NCBI GenBank assembly: GCA_031425255.1
Contig: JANPIY010000208.1
Location: 6,955-70,954, forward strand
Direction: 5' to 3'
Source: Planctomycetota bacterium
GTDB taxonomy: Bacteria > Planctomycetota > UBA11346
DNA length: 64,000 bases
In this document: positions 17,949-26,729 of the stretch, in pieces
Position numbering within the stretch: the first letter of the stretch is position 1
Layout of the letters: the number at the start of each line of letters is the position of its first letter
Made by a program: the position numbers and the translations under genes
The notes under the pieces: model-generated
Databases searched by the model: none
The model's input: the letters and a program-made list of their open reading frames with translations, nothing else
What the model was told of the DNA's origin: nothing

Positions 17949-19088
17949 TCACCTGCGAATGCGCCCCCGCCCCAGCAGAGTCGCACAGAATCTGCCGAGC
18001 TGTGCACCGCGCCGGCTCCACCGTAATTCCTCGGCCTTCTTCAGCACGCCTGTGACCAGCCGCGCATAATTCCTTCGACCCGTGACCAGGGCATTCTGCG
18101 CGTCGGCGCCATCCCACTCAGGAAGCAGGAAACCGGTCTCGCCATCATGGACTAGTTCCCGCAACGTTGGCAGATCACTGGCGAGCACGGGGATCCCGCG
18201 GGCATAGAAGTCGAACAATTTCAGAGGTGAGGTGAGATGGGCGTTGAAGAATGACCCGTCGAGCGGCACCAGGCCCCATTTGACGTCGTCGAGTTCACGC
18301 GCCAGCTCCGCCTTGTTGATCCAGCCGGTGATGCGGACGCGGCCGGATAAACCCAACTTGTTTGCCTGGTCGAGCAGCGCGGCCTTCTCGCCCTCATTTT
18401 TTCCACCGATGATCACTACCCGGCTATCCGGGCCGAAGAAACGTGCCGCTGCCAACACTTGGCCAACGCCTTTGTAGGCATCGAGTGATCCCACGTAGGC
18501 GAAGACCTCATCTTTGCCGGACCGTGGCGGAATCACGTCATACAGGCCGGTACGCAGGACTTCGATAGGCAGTCGCGGAAGGTGACGACGATAGAGCGTT
18601 CGCTGGGTCTCCATCAGGCAGATCATGCCGTCCAGCTGCGGGAAACACAGCCGCTCATACAGGCTTTTTCGCCACATCCTGGTAAATGGCACGTCCCGGC
18701 GGAGCGTGGGTGACCAGTGATAGTCGTGGGTTTCGAACATCACCTTCAAACGTTGCCGGGAACGCAACTCCAGGAGATGCGGCAGGAATGACAATGCCCG
18801 CGTGACCACCACGGTTTCGTCATCACGCAACCGCTCGATGAGGGCGATCGCCTCACGGTAGAAGCGCCAATGCCGGCGGTGAGGCAGACGATGGATGCGC
18901 AGCGAGGCGGGCGCCTCGACAGCGAACGCGGCTCGCAATTCCGCCGCCGTCTCACCGCTTGAGTGGTTAGGCACCACCAAGTGGGTCTCGATGCCGTTGT
19001 TCGCCACACCGATGGCATTGTAGGTGACGAAGGTCACGGCCGGGGATTGGGAGACCCATGGCTCAGTGTGGACATAGATGATCTTCAT
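17949..19088 (-). CDS. glycosyltransferase family 4/1 (GT-B)
   Basis: Start MKIIYVHTEPW at the ATG at 19088. C-terminal 'GIPVLASDLPTLRELVHDGETGFL'. Confidence 0.85.
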   Translation of the reverse strand: MKIIYVHTEPWVSQSPAVTFVTYNAIGVANNGIETHLVVPNHSSGETAAELRAAFAVEAPASLRIHRLPHRRHWRFYREAIALIERLRDDETVVVTRALSFLPHLLELRSRQRLKVMFETHDYHWSPTLRRDVPFTRMWRKSLYERLCFPQLDGMICLMETQRTLYRRHLPRLPIEVLRTGLYDVIPPRSGKDEVFAYVGSLDAYKGVGQVLAAARFFGPDSRVVIIGGKNEGEKAALLDQANKLGLSGRVRITGWINKAELARELDDVKWGLVPLDGSFFNAHLTSPLKLFDFYARGIPVLASDLPTLRELVHDGETGFLLPEWDGADAQNALVTGRRNYARLVTGVLKKAEELRWSRRGAQLGRFCATLLGRGRIRR

Positions 19089-19199
19089 GGCGGCTGCGAC
19101 ATTCGCGCGCAGGTGTAGTCCGCGCGCGTGGCCTGGCAACGTGATGTGGTGCGGGACTTTGGACTAGCGTCGACGACTCGGTCCCGAGTATCCCGCGCC

Positions 19200-20387
19200 A
19201 TGAACATCCTGCACACCGAGGCATCGCGTGGCTGGGGCGGCCAGGAAATCCGCATTTTGAGCGAAATCGCCGCCATGCAGCGGCGTGGGCACCGGATCTG
19301 GCTGTCCTGCGCGCCGGAGAGCGAACTCGCCAAGCGCGCCAATGCCATGGTGCCCGATCTGCCCCTGGTACTGCAGCCTTATTCCAGCAATAGCGACATC
19401 GACACCATCAGCGGACTGCATCACCTCATCAGGCGGCATGGGATAACGGTGGTGAATTCTCACAGTTCCATTGACAGCTGGTGCACTGCCATCGCCACCC
19501 TGGTGGTGCGCAGAACCGTTCTGGTTCGCACGCGTCATCTTTCCATACCCGTCAAGCGCAACCTCCCGACGCGTTGGCTGTACCGCCGTCCGGACGCTAT
19601 CGTCACGACCGGCGAAGCCCTACGCCAACGACTGATCGATCACAATGGCCTGCCGCCAAGCCGCCTCCTCTCGATCCCGACCGGGATCGATCTGACGAGG
19701 TTCGATCCGAGCGGATACGATCGGCGGATTGTCCGGAATGAATTGGGCATCGGGGACGATGAATCACTCATAGGCATGACTGCGATGATGCGTCAAATGA
19801 AGGGGCACCGGGTCCTGATCGAAGCTGCGCCAGCCATTCTCGCACGATATCCACGCGTCCGCTTCCTCCTGATCGGACATGTGACCTATGCCAGCACGTT
19901 CATAGATGATCTCAAAGGACGGATCCAGGCTCTCGGGTTGACCGATCGCTTCCTGTTCGCGGGATACCGCAACGATATTCCGCAGGTATTGGCGGCCCTC
20001 GATCTGGCCGTGCTGCCGTCCATCCGCGATGAGGGTGTTCCCCAAAGCCTGACTCAGGCGCTATGCATGGCGAAACCCGTGGTCGCCACCGAAGTAGGCG
20101 CTGTGGGGGAGATCGTCCGCAACGATCGGACGGGATTGCTCGTGCCGCCGTCCGACAGTGCCGCGCTCGCCACCGCCATCATCGCACAATTGGCCGATCC
20201 GGTCCGCGCGCGGATGCTAGGGCAGGCCGGCCGACGCATGGTCATCGATCACTATGGCATCGAATCGATGGCCGACGCAACGGAACGACTCTATGAACGG
20301 CTGCTCCACCGGCAGACTGCATGGCCTGATTCAGTTCCTTCTCCCCACGAGTTCCAACCAGAGCTTTTGCCATCCATTTGCCAGTGA
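19200..20387 (+). CDS. glycosyltransferase family 4
   Basis: Start MNILHTEASRGWGGQE at the ATG at 19200. 'EGVPQSLTQALCMAKPVVATEVGAVGEIVRNDRTGLLV'. Confidence 0.88.
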   Translation: MNILHTEASRGWGGQEIRILSEIAAMQRRGHRIWLSCAPESELAKRANAMVPDLPLVLQPYSSNSDIDTISGLHHLIRRHGITVVNSHSSIDSWCTAIATLVVRRTVLVRTRHLSIPVKRNLPTRWLYRRPDAIVTTGEALRQRLIDHNGLPPSRLLSIPTGIDLTRFDPSGYDRRIVRNELGIGDDESLIGMTAMMRQMKGHRVLIEAAPAILARYPRVRFLLIGHVTYASTFIDDLKGRIQALGLTDRFLFAGYRNDIPQVLAALDLAVLPSIRDEGVPQSLTQALCMAKPVVATEVGAVGEIVRNDRTGLLVPPSDSAALATAIIAQLADPVRARMLGQAGRRMVIDHYGIESMADATERLYERLLHRQTAWPDSVPSPHEFQPELLPSICQ

Positions 20388-20410
20388 CGTGTCAACGAAC
20401 CTGCGAAGAA

Positions 20411-21205
20411 ATGCCCGTCGACTTTGCCTGCTCGCGGAGAGTCTTCCCGGCCATGACCGCCATCGACCGCTTGCTGGGGTTCACCCATGAACTCTGCCGT
20501 CTTCCGAGAAATCTTTCCCGCAGCGTGCGTTATTCAGGATCACAGCGCCATTGTCCGGTCTGCTCCCGCTCCGCCCGTTTGTTCCGCCCCGCCGGAATCG
20601 TCAAACGCCTGGACGCCAATTGCCCGTTTTGCGGCGCGATGGAACGCCATCGGCTGACTTGGCACTACCTGGAAAAAAACTCCGACCTCTTCAACGGCCA
20701 GGCCAAGGCCGTTCTGCACGTGGCGCCCGAGCCGTGCTTCTCCGGGTTGCTCAAGCGCAGGTTGGGATCTTCATACCTCACCGCGGATCTGACCGACCCC
20801 AAGGCCATGGTGCGGATGGACATCACCGCCATCACCTATGCCAGCGACCATTTCGATGTCATCCTTTGCAACCACGTGTTGGAGCACATTCCCGACGATC
20901 GGCTGGCCATGCGTGAACTCTGCCGCGTCCTGAAGCCAGGAGGCTGGGCTCTGCTGCTGGTACCGATCGTAGCCGAACTGACCGAGGAGGATCCGTCGAT
21001 CACCGAACCGAAGGAGCGCCTCAAACAATACGGGCACGAGGAACACGTCCGCAACTACGGCCGTGACTACGCCGACCGGCTGCGCTCCTGCGGGTTCACC
21101 GTTGAAGTGATCCTGCCATCGGCGTTGGCTTCCACTGACGAGTGCATCCGCATGGGCTTCACGCCGGCCGCTGGCGAGATCTACCGCTGCACCAAGCTGC
21201 GCTGA
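20411..21205 (+). CDS. class I SAM-dependent methyltransferase with Zn-ribbon
   Basis: CPVC...CPFC, 'DVILCNHVLEHIPDD', 'LCRVLKPGGWALL'. Start uncertain: TTG 20378, ATG 20411 or ATG 20453. Confidence 0.8.
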   Translation: MPVDFACSRRVFPAMTAIDRLLGFTHELCRLPRNLSRSVRYSGSQRHCPVCSRSARLFRPAGIVKRLDANCPFCGAMERHRLTWHYLEKNSDLFNGQAKAVLHVAPEPCFSGLLKRRLGSSYLTADLTDPKAMVRMDITAITYASDHFDVILCNHVLEHIPDDRLAMRELCRVLKPGGWALLLVPIVAELTEEDPSITEPKERLKQYGHEEHVRNYGRDYADRLRSCGFTVEVILPSALASTDECIRMGFTPAAGEIYRCTKLR

Positions 21206-21215
21206 TCCGGCGTGA

Positions 21216-22037
21216 TCATCCGGGTTCGCCCGAACCACTGTCATCCTGCGCCAAGGCCAGGCCCAGCACGGCATCCAGCGCCACCGACAACGCCACCACC
21301 ACGCCCGCGGCGCCATCGCGGAACCCCTGCTTGGCGACATAGCTGCGCAGGAATCCCCACAAGGCGCGGAAGACCAGTTGGACCGCTCCGGCCCGGCGAC
21401 CTTCCTCGCGATAGCGCATGGCCTTCTTGCGCGCGTAGGAGCCGCAACGGGTGAAGACGTCGGCATGGTCGCTGAAGCTGTAGTGATGCAGCGCCCCAGG
21501 GAGGGTCAGCACCTGGCCCGAAGTCTCGACCGATTCGTGGATCTCGCGGTCGTTGAACTGCGCACAGGTGCGGTTGAACAGGCGCAGGCTGTGATCCGGC
21601 GACCATTGGCCATAACGGATCTCCCGCGCACCGATGTAGGTGCTGCGGCGGATGCGCCAGGCGCGGGTGGGATCGGCATAATCCAGCACCTGGACGGTAG
21701 TGGCGGCCTCGTAGTCGAGCACCTCGTCGTCGTCGATCACCAACACCCAATCGTGTTTCGCCAATTCGACCGCGCGCTGCTTCTGCAGGCCGTAACCGAG
21801 AAAGGACTGATGCTCGACGCGGGCGTGGTGACTGGCGCAGATCTCCCGCGTGCGATCGGTCGAGCCGCTATCGAGGACCAGGATCTCGTCGCAGAATCCG
21901 ATGGCCGCCAGCACGCGGTCGAGATGGCGCTCACCATTGTGGACGATCAGGACGGCCGAGATCTTGAGCTTCTCCAGGCCGGAGAGGGTCGCGCGACGAC
22001 GAAGCGGTGGATGCGGCGAAGAGGCCTGCTCTGACAT
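21216..22037 (-). CDS. glycosyltransferase family 2 (LPS-core WaaE/KdtX-like)
   Basis: 'ISAVLIVHNGERHLDRVLAAIGFCDEILVLDSGSTDRT' and 'VLVIDDDE'. Confidence 0.88.
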   Translation of the reverse strand: MSEQASSPHPPLRRRATLSGLEKLKISAVLIVHNGERHLDRVLAAIGFCDEILVLDSGSTDRTREICASHHARVEHQSFLGYGLQKQRAVELAKHDWVLVIDDDEVLDYEAATTVQVLDYADPTRAWRIRRSTYIGAREIRYGQWSPDHSLRLFNRTCAQFNDREIHESVETSGQVLTLPGALHHYSFSDHADVFTRCGSYARKKAMRYREEGRRAGAVQLVFRALWGFLRSYVAKQGFRDGAAGVVVALSVALDAVLGLALAQDDSGSGEPG

Positions 22038-22043
22038 GGGCGG

Positions 22044-23141
22044 CTACGATCCGGTGCCCACCCGATCGTACAAGGACCGGTACTGATCGACCATGGTGGC
22101 GGCGGAGAAACGTCGTTGCGCACGCTCGTGCGCGGCACTTCCCAGGCGTTGACGCAGGGCGCCATCGGCGATCACCCGCAGCAGCGCCTGCGCCACGCCC
22201 GCGTGATCACGGACCTCGGCCAGCAGGCCATCGACGTCGTGGTCGACCAGTTCAGGCAGTCCGCCCGCCCGCGTGACCACCACCGCCAGACCACCATACA
22301 TCGCGTCCATCACCGAAGAGCCCAGGCCCTCCAGGTGCGAGGTCAGCGTGAAGACGTCGAGCCCGCGCAGGATGTTGTTGATGTCCTGGCGGAAGCCGGT
22401 GAAGACCACCTGGCGCAAGCCGAGCCGCGTTGCCAGGGCCTTCAATTCGGCTTCCAGTTCGCCGGTGCCGACGATGAACAGCCACGCCGCCGGGGCCGCC
22501 CGCTCCACCAGCTCCCAGGCGGCCAACAGCGTGCGATGGTCCTTGTGGTCGCTGAGGTGCGCGGTCACGCCCACCAGCACCGCCTCCGGCGGCAGACCGA
22601 ACTCCTGCCGCAGCGTGCTGATGAGCGGTGGGAAGCGGGCGAAATCGATGCCGTCGTGGATCACCTCGATGCGGTCGGGGGGGACTCCGCCGGCGATCAT
22701 GACCTGGCGCACCCCCTGCGAGACCGCCGCGTGGCGCGCGACCGCGGTGCAATATTTCCAGCGCGCGATCCACCCGCGTTTGAGCGCGAAGTCGACGCGA
22801 CGGGTCACCACCAACGGCACGCCCGTGCCGCGGCAGGCCAATGCCCCGAGGCTGTGGGCATGGCTGGTATGGGCATGGACGATGGCGATGGATCGTTCGC
22901 GGATGAGTGCGCGCAGGCCACGGATCGCCGCGAGATGCCACTGGCCGCGCATCGCCAGCTCCACCGTGTCGAGACCGGCAGCCCGGCTGGCCTGGGCCAT
23001 GGGCGAGCCGGGCTGGGCCACCACCAACGGCCGGTAACCGCCCGTCAGACCCTTGGCCAGCAGCAGCACCTGGTTCTCACCGCCGCGCCAACCGTGTTCG
23101 CTGTTCAGGTGTAGGATGCGGCGGGGACCGTCGCTGGTCAT
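22044..23141 (-). CDS. glycosyltransferase family 4
   Basis: Start MTSDGPRRILHLNSEHGWRGGE at the ATG at 23141. 'EGLGSSVMDAMYGGLAVVVTRAGGLPELVDHDVDGLL'. Confidence 0.88.
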   Translation of the reverse strand: MTSDGPRRILHLNSEHGWRGGENQVLLLAKGLTGGYRPLVVAQPGSPMAQASRAAGLDTVELAMRGQWHLAAIRGLRALIRERSIAIVHAHTSHAHSLGALACRGTGVPLVVTRRVDFALKRGWIARWKYCTAVARHAAVSQGVRQVMIAGGVPPDRIEVIHDGIDFARFPPLISTLRQEFGLPPEAVLVGVTAHLSDHKDHRTLLAAWELVERAAPAAWLFIVGTGELEAELKALATRLGLRQVVFTGFRQDINNILRGLDVFTLTSHLEGLGSSVMDAMYGGLAVVVTRAGGLPELVDHDVDGLLAEVRDHAGVAQALLRVIADGALRQRLGSAAHERAQRRFSAATMVDQYRSLYDRVGTGS

Positions 23142-23323
23142 CGGGTGCCGCCAACGCGCCCTTTGGCCACCACCACCCATTCGCCGTCCTCGCCGGCCTC
23201 ATAGGCGGTGAAGTGGCCGTCGAGCCGTTCCGCCACCGCCCACGAGCGGAAACGCTCGACCGAGGCCCATTCCTCTTCGCGTTCCTCGCCGTCGGCACTG
23301 GTGAAGGCGATGCGGACACTCAT
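23138..23323 (-). CDS. small acidic hypothetical protein (61 aa)
   Basis: MSVRIAFTSADGEEREEEW... Its stop overlaps the GT4 start as ATGA. No family recognised. Confidence 0.45.
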   Translation of the reverse strand: MSVRIAFTSADGEEREEEWASVERFRSWAVAERLDGHFTAYEAGEDGEWVVVAKGRVGGTR

Positions 23324-23422
23324 GGGCGCGCAGCGGATCGCCGAGCGTGCGCCTGACAAGCACGGGCACGCGGCACGCCTTGCCGTGATAGCCAGCCGTC
23401 GGGCACCCGCCATGCTGCCGCG

Positions 23423-25045
23423 GTGGACCGACCGCGTGCCTCGCCGCTACGAGTGATCATTGGACTGCTGATCGCCGCGCTGGCGATCGGCCTGGTGCTG
23501 CCCGATTGGATGTCCCCACTGGCGCGCTGGATCGGCGGACTCAGCGGCGGCGCGCTGGACCCGCTCGCCTGGCTGCAGGTGGGACGCAGCGCCCTCGCCA
23601 GCCTGGCGATGGGCGCTTCCTGGCCGGTACTGCCTGCGCTCGTCAGCGTCGGCCTGCTGCTGGCCTGCTGGGTGATTCCGCCGGCACCCGCTCCGCTGCG
23701 CCGCTCCTCCACCGTCATCCGCGATGAGACCGCCATGGCGGTGGGGGCGTTGCTCCTGGTCGAGCCGCTCATGCACCTGGGATTCCTCGCGTGGAGCGGC
23801 TGGTATCCGTCGGTGGTCAGCCGCGACGCCGTGCTGCCGGTGCCGATGCAGGCGGTCGCCGCCGGTGCCCAGGGCTGGTGGTCGGGCACGCTCACCATCC
23901 TGACCCTGTCCACCCTGGTGCCGGTGGCGGAGGAGCTGTTTTTTCGCGGCCGCCTGCTCGACCTCCTACGGGCCTGGATGGGCGGTACGCGCATGGCGAC
24001 CGTCTCGGCCGTGAGCATCACCACCCTGGCTTTCGCCGCCGCCCACGGCACCCAAGTCCAGGCGCTGTTCGCCATCCCGCTCGGCCTGTTGCTGGCCCTC
24101 ATCCGCCTGCGCGGCGGCGGCATCGGCAGCTGCATCCTCGCTCATGCTTGCCACAACAGCCTGTTCCTCTTCGTCGGACCATTGTTGTTCGCCCGCCCCT
24201 GGGCGGCTCCGCTGTTGGCCCTGGCCGGCGGCATGATGATCGCCGCGGCGTGGATCGACCACCCCCGCACCTCGTCGCAGCGGCGGGTGCCTAACCGCTG
24301 GCGACCGCTGGTGGCGATCACCGCGGTGGTGGCGAGCGCGGCGGTGATCTTCAGCACCTACCCAGGGTATCGGCGGATCCAGGATCACCTGTGGGCGGGC
24401 GCGGCGCATCAGGTGATCGTCCAATGGCGGGTGCCCAACGACGTGCTGCTGCGCCGGCTGGATTACCAGCGCAGCCGCAACCGGCTCAACAGCACGCGAC
24501 GGCAGGCGCTCTTCGACCTGCTGGTCGCGCAACCATGCCAGGAGCTGCCGGGCGGCAATCCGCGCCAGGCGCAGGTGCTCGCCCAACTCGATCCACAGCG
24601 CTTCGTCGACGGGGTGCCGGACGAGCGGATCTATGATGCGCTGCTCGACCTCGCTGATTGCCAGGCCGAATGGGAGCATCTGACAGCGGCGGCACGTCTG
24701 CTCGGTCGGCGCCACGGTCGCGATTTCGCCGCCCTGGTCACCACCCACCAGGAAGCCCTGCTGCAGTGGTTACCGCTGCCTGAACGCAGCGCCGAATGTG
24801 TCCAGCAGTTGCTGGTGAGCAGCGGCCATGATCGCCGTCGTCTGCTCACGGCGTTGGAGCATTGGCAGCCGGGCAAGGTCGCGGCGGTACTCTTCCTCTT
24901 GCCGGTCGAGCACATCACTCCGCTCGATCGGCGGCACCTGTTCATGCATTATCCCGATGCCCAGGCGCGCTTGGCGGAATTGGCCGCGCGGGATCCGGCG
25001 CGTGCCGCTGCCTTCGGTTTCACTGGGCAGCCGTCAGACCGCTGA
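23423..25045 (+). CDS. CPBP (CAAX/Abi) intramembrane protease domain fused to a ~270-aa C-terminal soluble domain
   Basis: Motifs EELFFRG, FAAAHG and HACHNS sit in a polytopic N-terminal half. The C-terminal half is unassigned. Start uncertain (GTG 23423 or GTG 23453). Confidence 0.8.
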   Translation: MDRPRASPLRVIIGLLIAALAIGLVLPDWMSPLARWIGGLSGGALDPLAWLQVGRSALASLAMGASWPVLPALVSVGLLLACWVIPPAPAPLRRSSTVIRDETAMAVGALLLVEPLMHLGFLAWSGWYPSVVSRDAVLPVPMQAVAAGAQGWWSGTLTILTLSTLVPVAEELFFRGRLLDLLRAWMGGTRMATVSAVSITTLAFAAAHGTQVQALFAIPLGLLLALIRLRGGGIGSCILAHACHNSLFLFVGPLLFARPWAAPLLALAGGMMIAAAWIDHPRTSSQRRVPNRWRPLVAITAVVASAAVIFSTYPGYRRIQDHLWAGAAHQVIVQWRVPNDVLLRRLDYQRSRNRLNSTRRQALFDLLVAQPCQELPGGNPRQAQVLAQLDPQRFVDGVPDERIYDALLDLADCQAEWEHLTAAARLLGRRHGRDFAALVTTHQEALLQWLPLPERSAECVQQLLVSSGHDRRRLLTALEHWQPGKVAAVLFLLPVEHITPLDRRHLFMHYPDAQARLAELAARDPARAAAFGFTGQPSDR

Positions 25046-25059
25046 GCGGCTTTTCACTC

Positions 25060-25130
25060 GAGAAAATGCAGTGCGAGGTGCGAGGTTGAAGTCCGCACTC
25101 CGTACGTCGCACGTCGCACGTCATTTTCTC
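25060..25130. repeat. inverted heptamer element, family 2 (GTGCGAG x2 ... GTCGCAC x2) with a 9-bp perfect outer stem; probable bidirectional terminator
   Basis: GAGAAAATG..GTGCGAGGTGCGAG...CGTCGCACGTCGCAC..CATTTTCTC gives 23 Watson-Crick pairs of 27 stem positions by hand pairing. It sits between convergent genes and overlaps the stop of the minus-strand gene by 2 nt. Confidence 0.8.
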
Positions 25131-26631
25131 ACTTCACCGCATCGCCCGCGCGCAGGTCGACCATCTCATCGAGCGCCTGCTCCAGGTCGGAGAGGTCGCT
25201 CTCTCCGGTCTCCGTCGCCAGTCCCAGGGCATCGGCTTTGGCTTGCGCTTCTTCGGCGACGAGCTCCGCGCGCTGGCTGGCCTGCACGGCGGTCAGCGCC
25301 GCGTCGGCCGCGTCCGCGGCTGCACGCCGGGCGACCAGGACCGCCGCGCGGCGCAGGTCCCAGTGGCGCAGGCGCTCCGCCACGGCGGGATCCTTGGCAT
25401 GGGCGCGCCAGATCTTCTCGCGTTCCGCGATGGCGAGGTCCTCTTCGAAGTACGCCCATTGCCACTCACGTTGGTGGCGCACCTGTTCGACGGCCTGCTG
25501 TGCCGTCAATGCGGCAGCCAGGTCAGCGGCCACCAGCGCCTGATGGAAAGCCACCTGTGCGCTCCGCTGCGCCACGGCGAAGCCGTCGAGGAGCGCGCGT
25601 TTCTGCGCCGCCACGGCTGCTGGAGCCTCGTCCAGGACCTCGGCAAAGTCCTGCGCCTGCTCGCGACGTTCGCTTTCGAACGACAGCCACTGCCCGGCCA
25701 TGGTTTTCAGGCGCTCGGCATGGAGCAGGGCGAGGTGCTCGCGCGCGTCCATCCGGCTCCGCTCGGCGGAATCGTCGTTCACACTGCGGGCCAGGCCGAG
25801 CTGGCGAGCGAGCACCCCGATCTGGAGCTCACACGCCCGTCTGAATGTCATCACCTCGGGGACCTCGCCCTCGAGGCCGCAGTCGGCGATGCGCTCGGCG
25901 TTCTGCACCCGCGCGTCGAGAAGGCGGGTGTAGGCGTCGAGGATCTCCTGTTGTTCGTAGGAGCGGTCGTCGTCGACCGTCTCGATGGTCTGTTCCAGGG
26001 TGGTACGGGTGAGCAGCAGGTGTTCGCGATACTCCACCAGCCAGCGGTCATCGCGCGGCAGACTGGTATACCGTTCGGCGGCGACGTGGCCGGCCTCGAT
26101 CAGCGCCAGCAGCGCGGCATGCCGTGCCTGGCGCTGATACCAGGCGGCTGGCGCGACCTGTTCGCGCAGGCGGCCAGCCGAGATCGCCTGCATGCCCTGA
26201 TCGACCGCGTCCACCACCAGGGCGTGGTAGCGCTTGAAGGCCGGCTCAGCCACACAATGGGGGTAACGCCTCGGCGCGTCGCCCAGTTGCTGGGCGAGGT
26301 TGGCGAGCTGCTGCATGCCGGAGACCAGACGTTCCAGGTCGGCGGTGAAACGTACCAGGCCGTGGTCATCGGCTGCGATCGCTCCGCTGTCCAATCGCCG
26401 CTGCCAGTCGGCGGCGATGGTGCGGCGCACGATGAGGACATCGCTCAGGCCACCTGGCACCGTCACGCCGGCGCTCGCACACGCGCTCTGCACCTGCGCC
26501 TGTGCTTCGATCAGATGGGCAGTGGCCTGCGGTAGGGAGTGTCTGACCGCCTTCTCCGCCTCCTCCGCCAGTGATCGCGGCAGAGATGCGCACAGCACCA
26601 GCATCAGCAACAGACCACGTAGCAGATCCAT
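25129..26631 (-). CDS. secreted alpha-helical/coiled-coil hypothetical protein
   Basis: ATG at 26631 gives a classic Sec signal MDLLRGLLLMLVLCASLPRSLA. The rest is A/E/R/Q/L-rich helical sequence. The alternative start GTG 26733 overlaps the pyrG stop but would bury the signal peptide. Confidence 0.7.
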   Translation of the reverse strand: MDLLRGLLLMLVLCASLPRSLAEEAEKAVRHSLPQATAHLIEAQAQVQSACASAGVTVPGGLSDVLIVRRTIAADWQRRLDSGAIAADDHGLVRFTADLERLVSGMQQLANLAQQLGDAPRRYPHCVAEPAFKRYHALVVDAVDQGMQAISAGRLREQVAPAAWYQRQARHAALLALIEAGHVAAERYTSLPRDDRWLVEYREHLLLTRTTLEQTIETVDDDRSYEQQEILDAYTRLLDARVQNAERIADCGLEGEVPEVMTFRRACELQIGVLARQLGLARSVNDDSAERSRMDAREHLALLHAERLKTMAGQWLSFESERREQAQDFAEVLDEAPAAVAAQKRALLDGFAVAQRSAQVAFHQALVAADLAAALTAQQAVEQVRHQREWQWAYFEEDLAIAEREKIWRAHAKDPAVAERLRHWDLRRAAVLVARRAAADAADAALTAVQASQRAELVAEEAQAKADALGLATETGESDLSDLEQALDEMVDLRAGDAVK

Positions 26632-26729
26632 GCCCGCCTCCCACCGCGGCAGTGCATGGGCGACGCTGGGCGAGGGAACCGACGAGGCGGTGCGCAACGC
26701 TGCGCGTGTGCGCCGCCCGCCTGCCGGCG

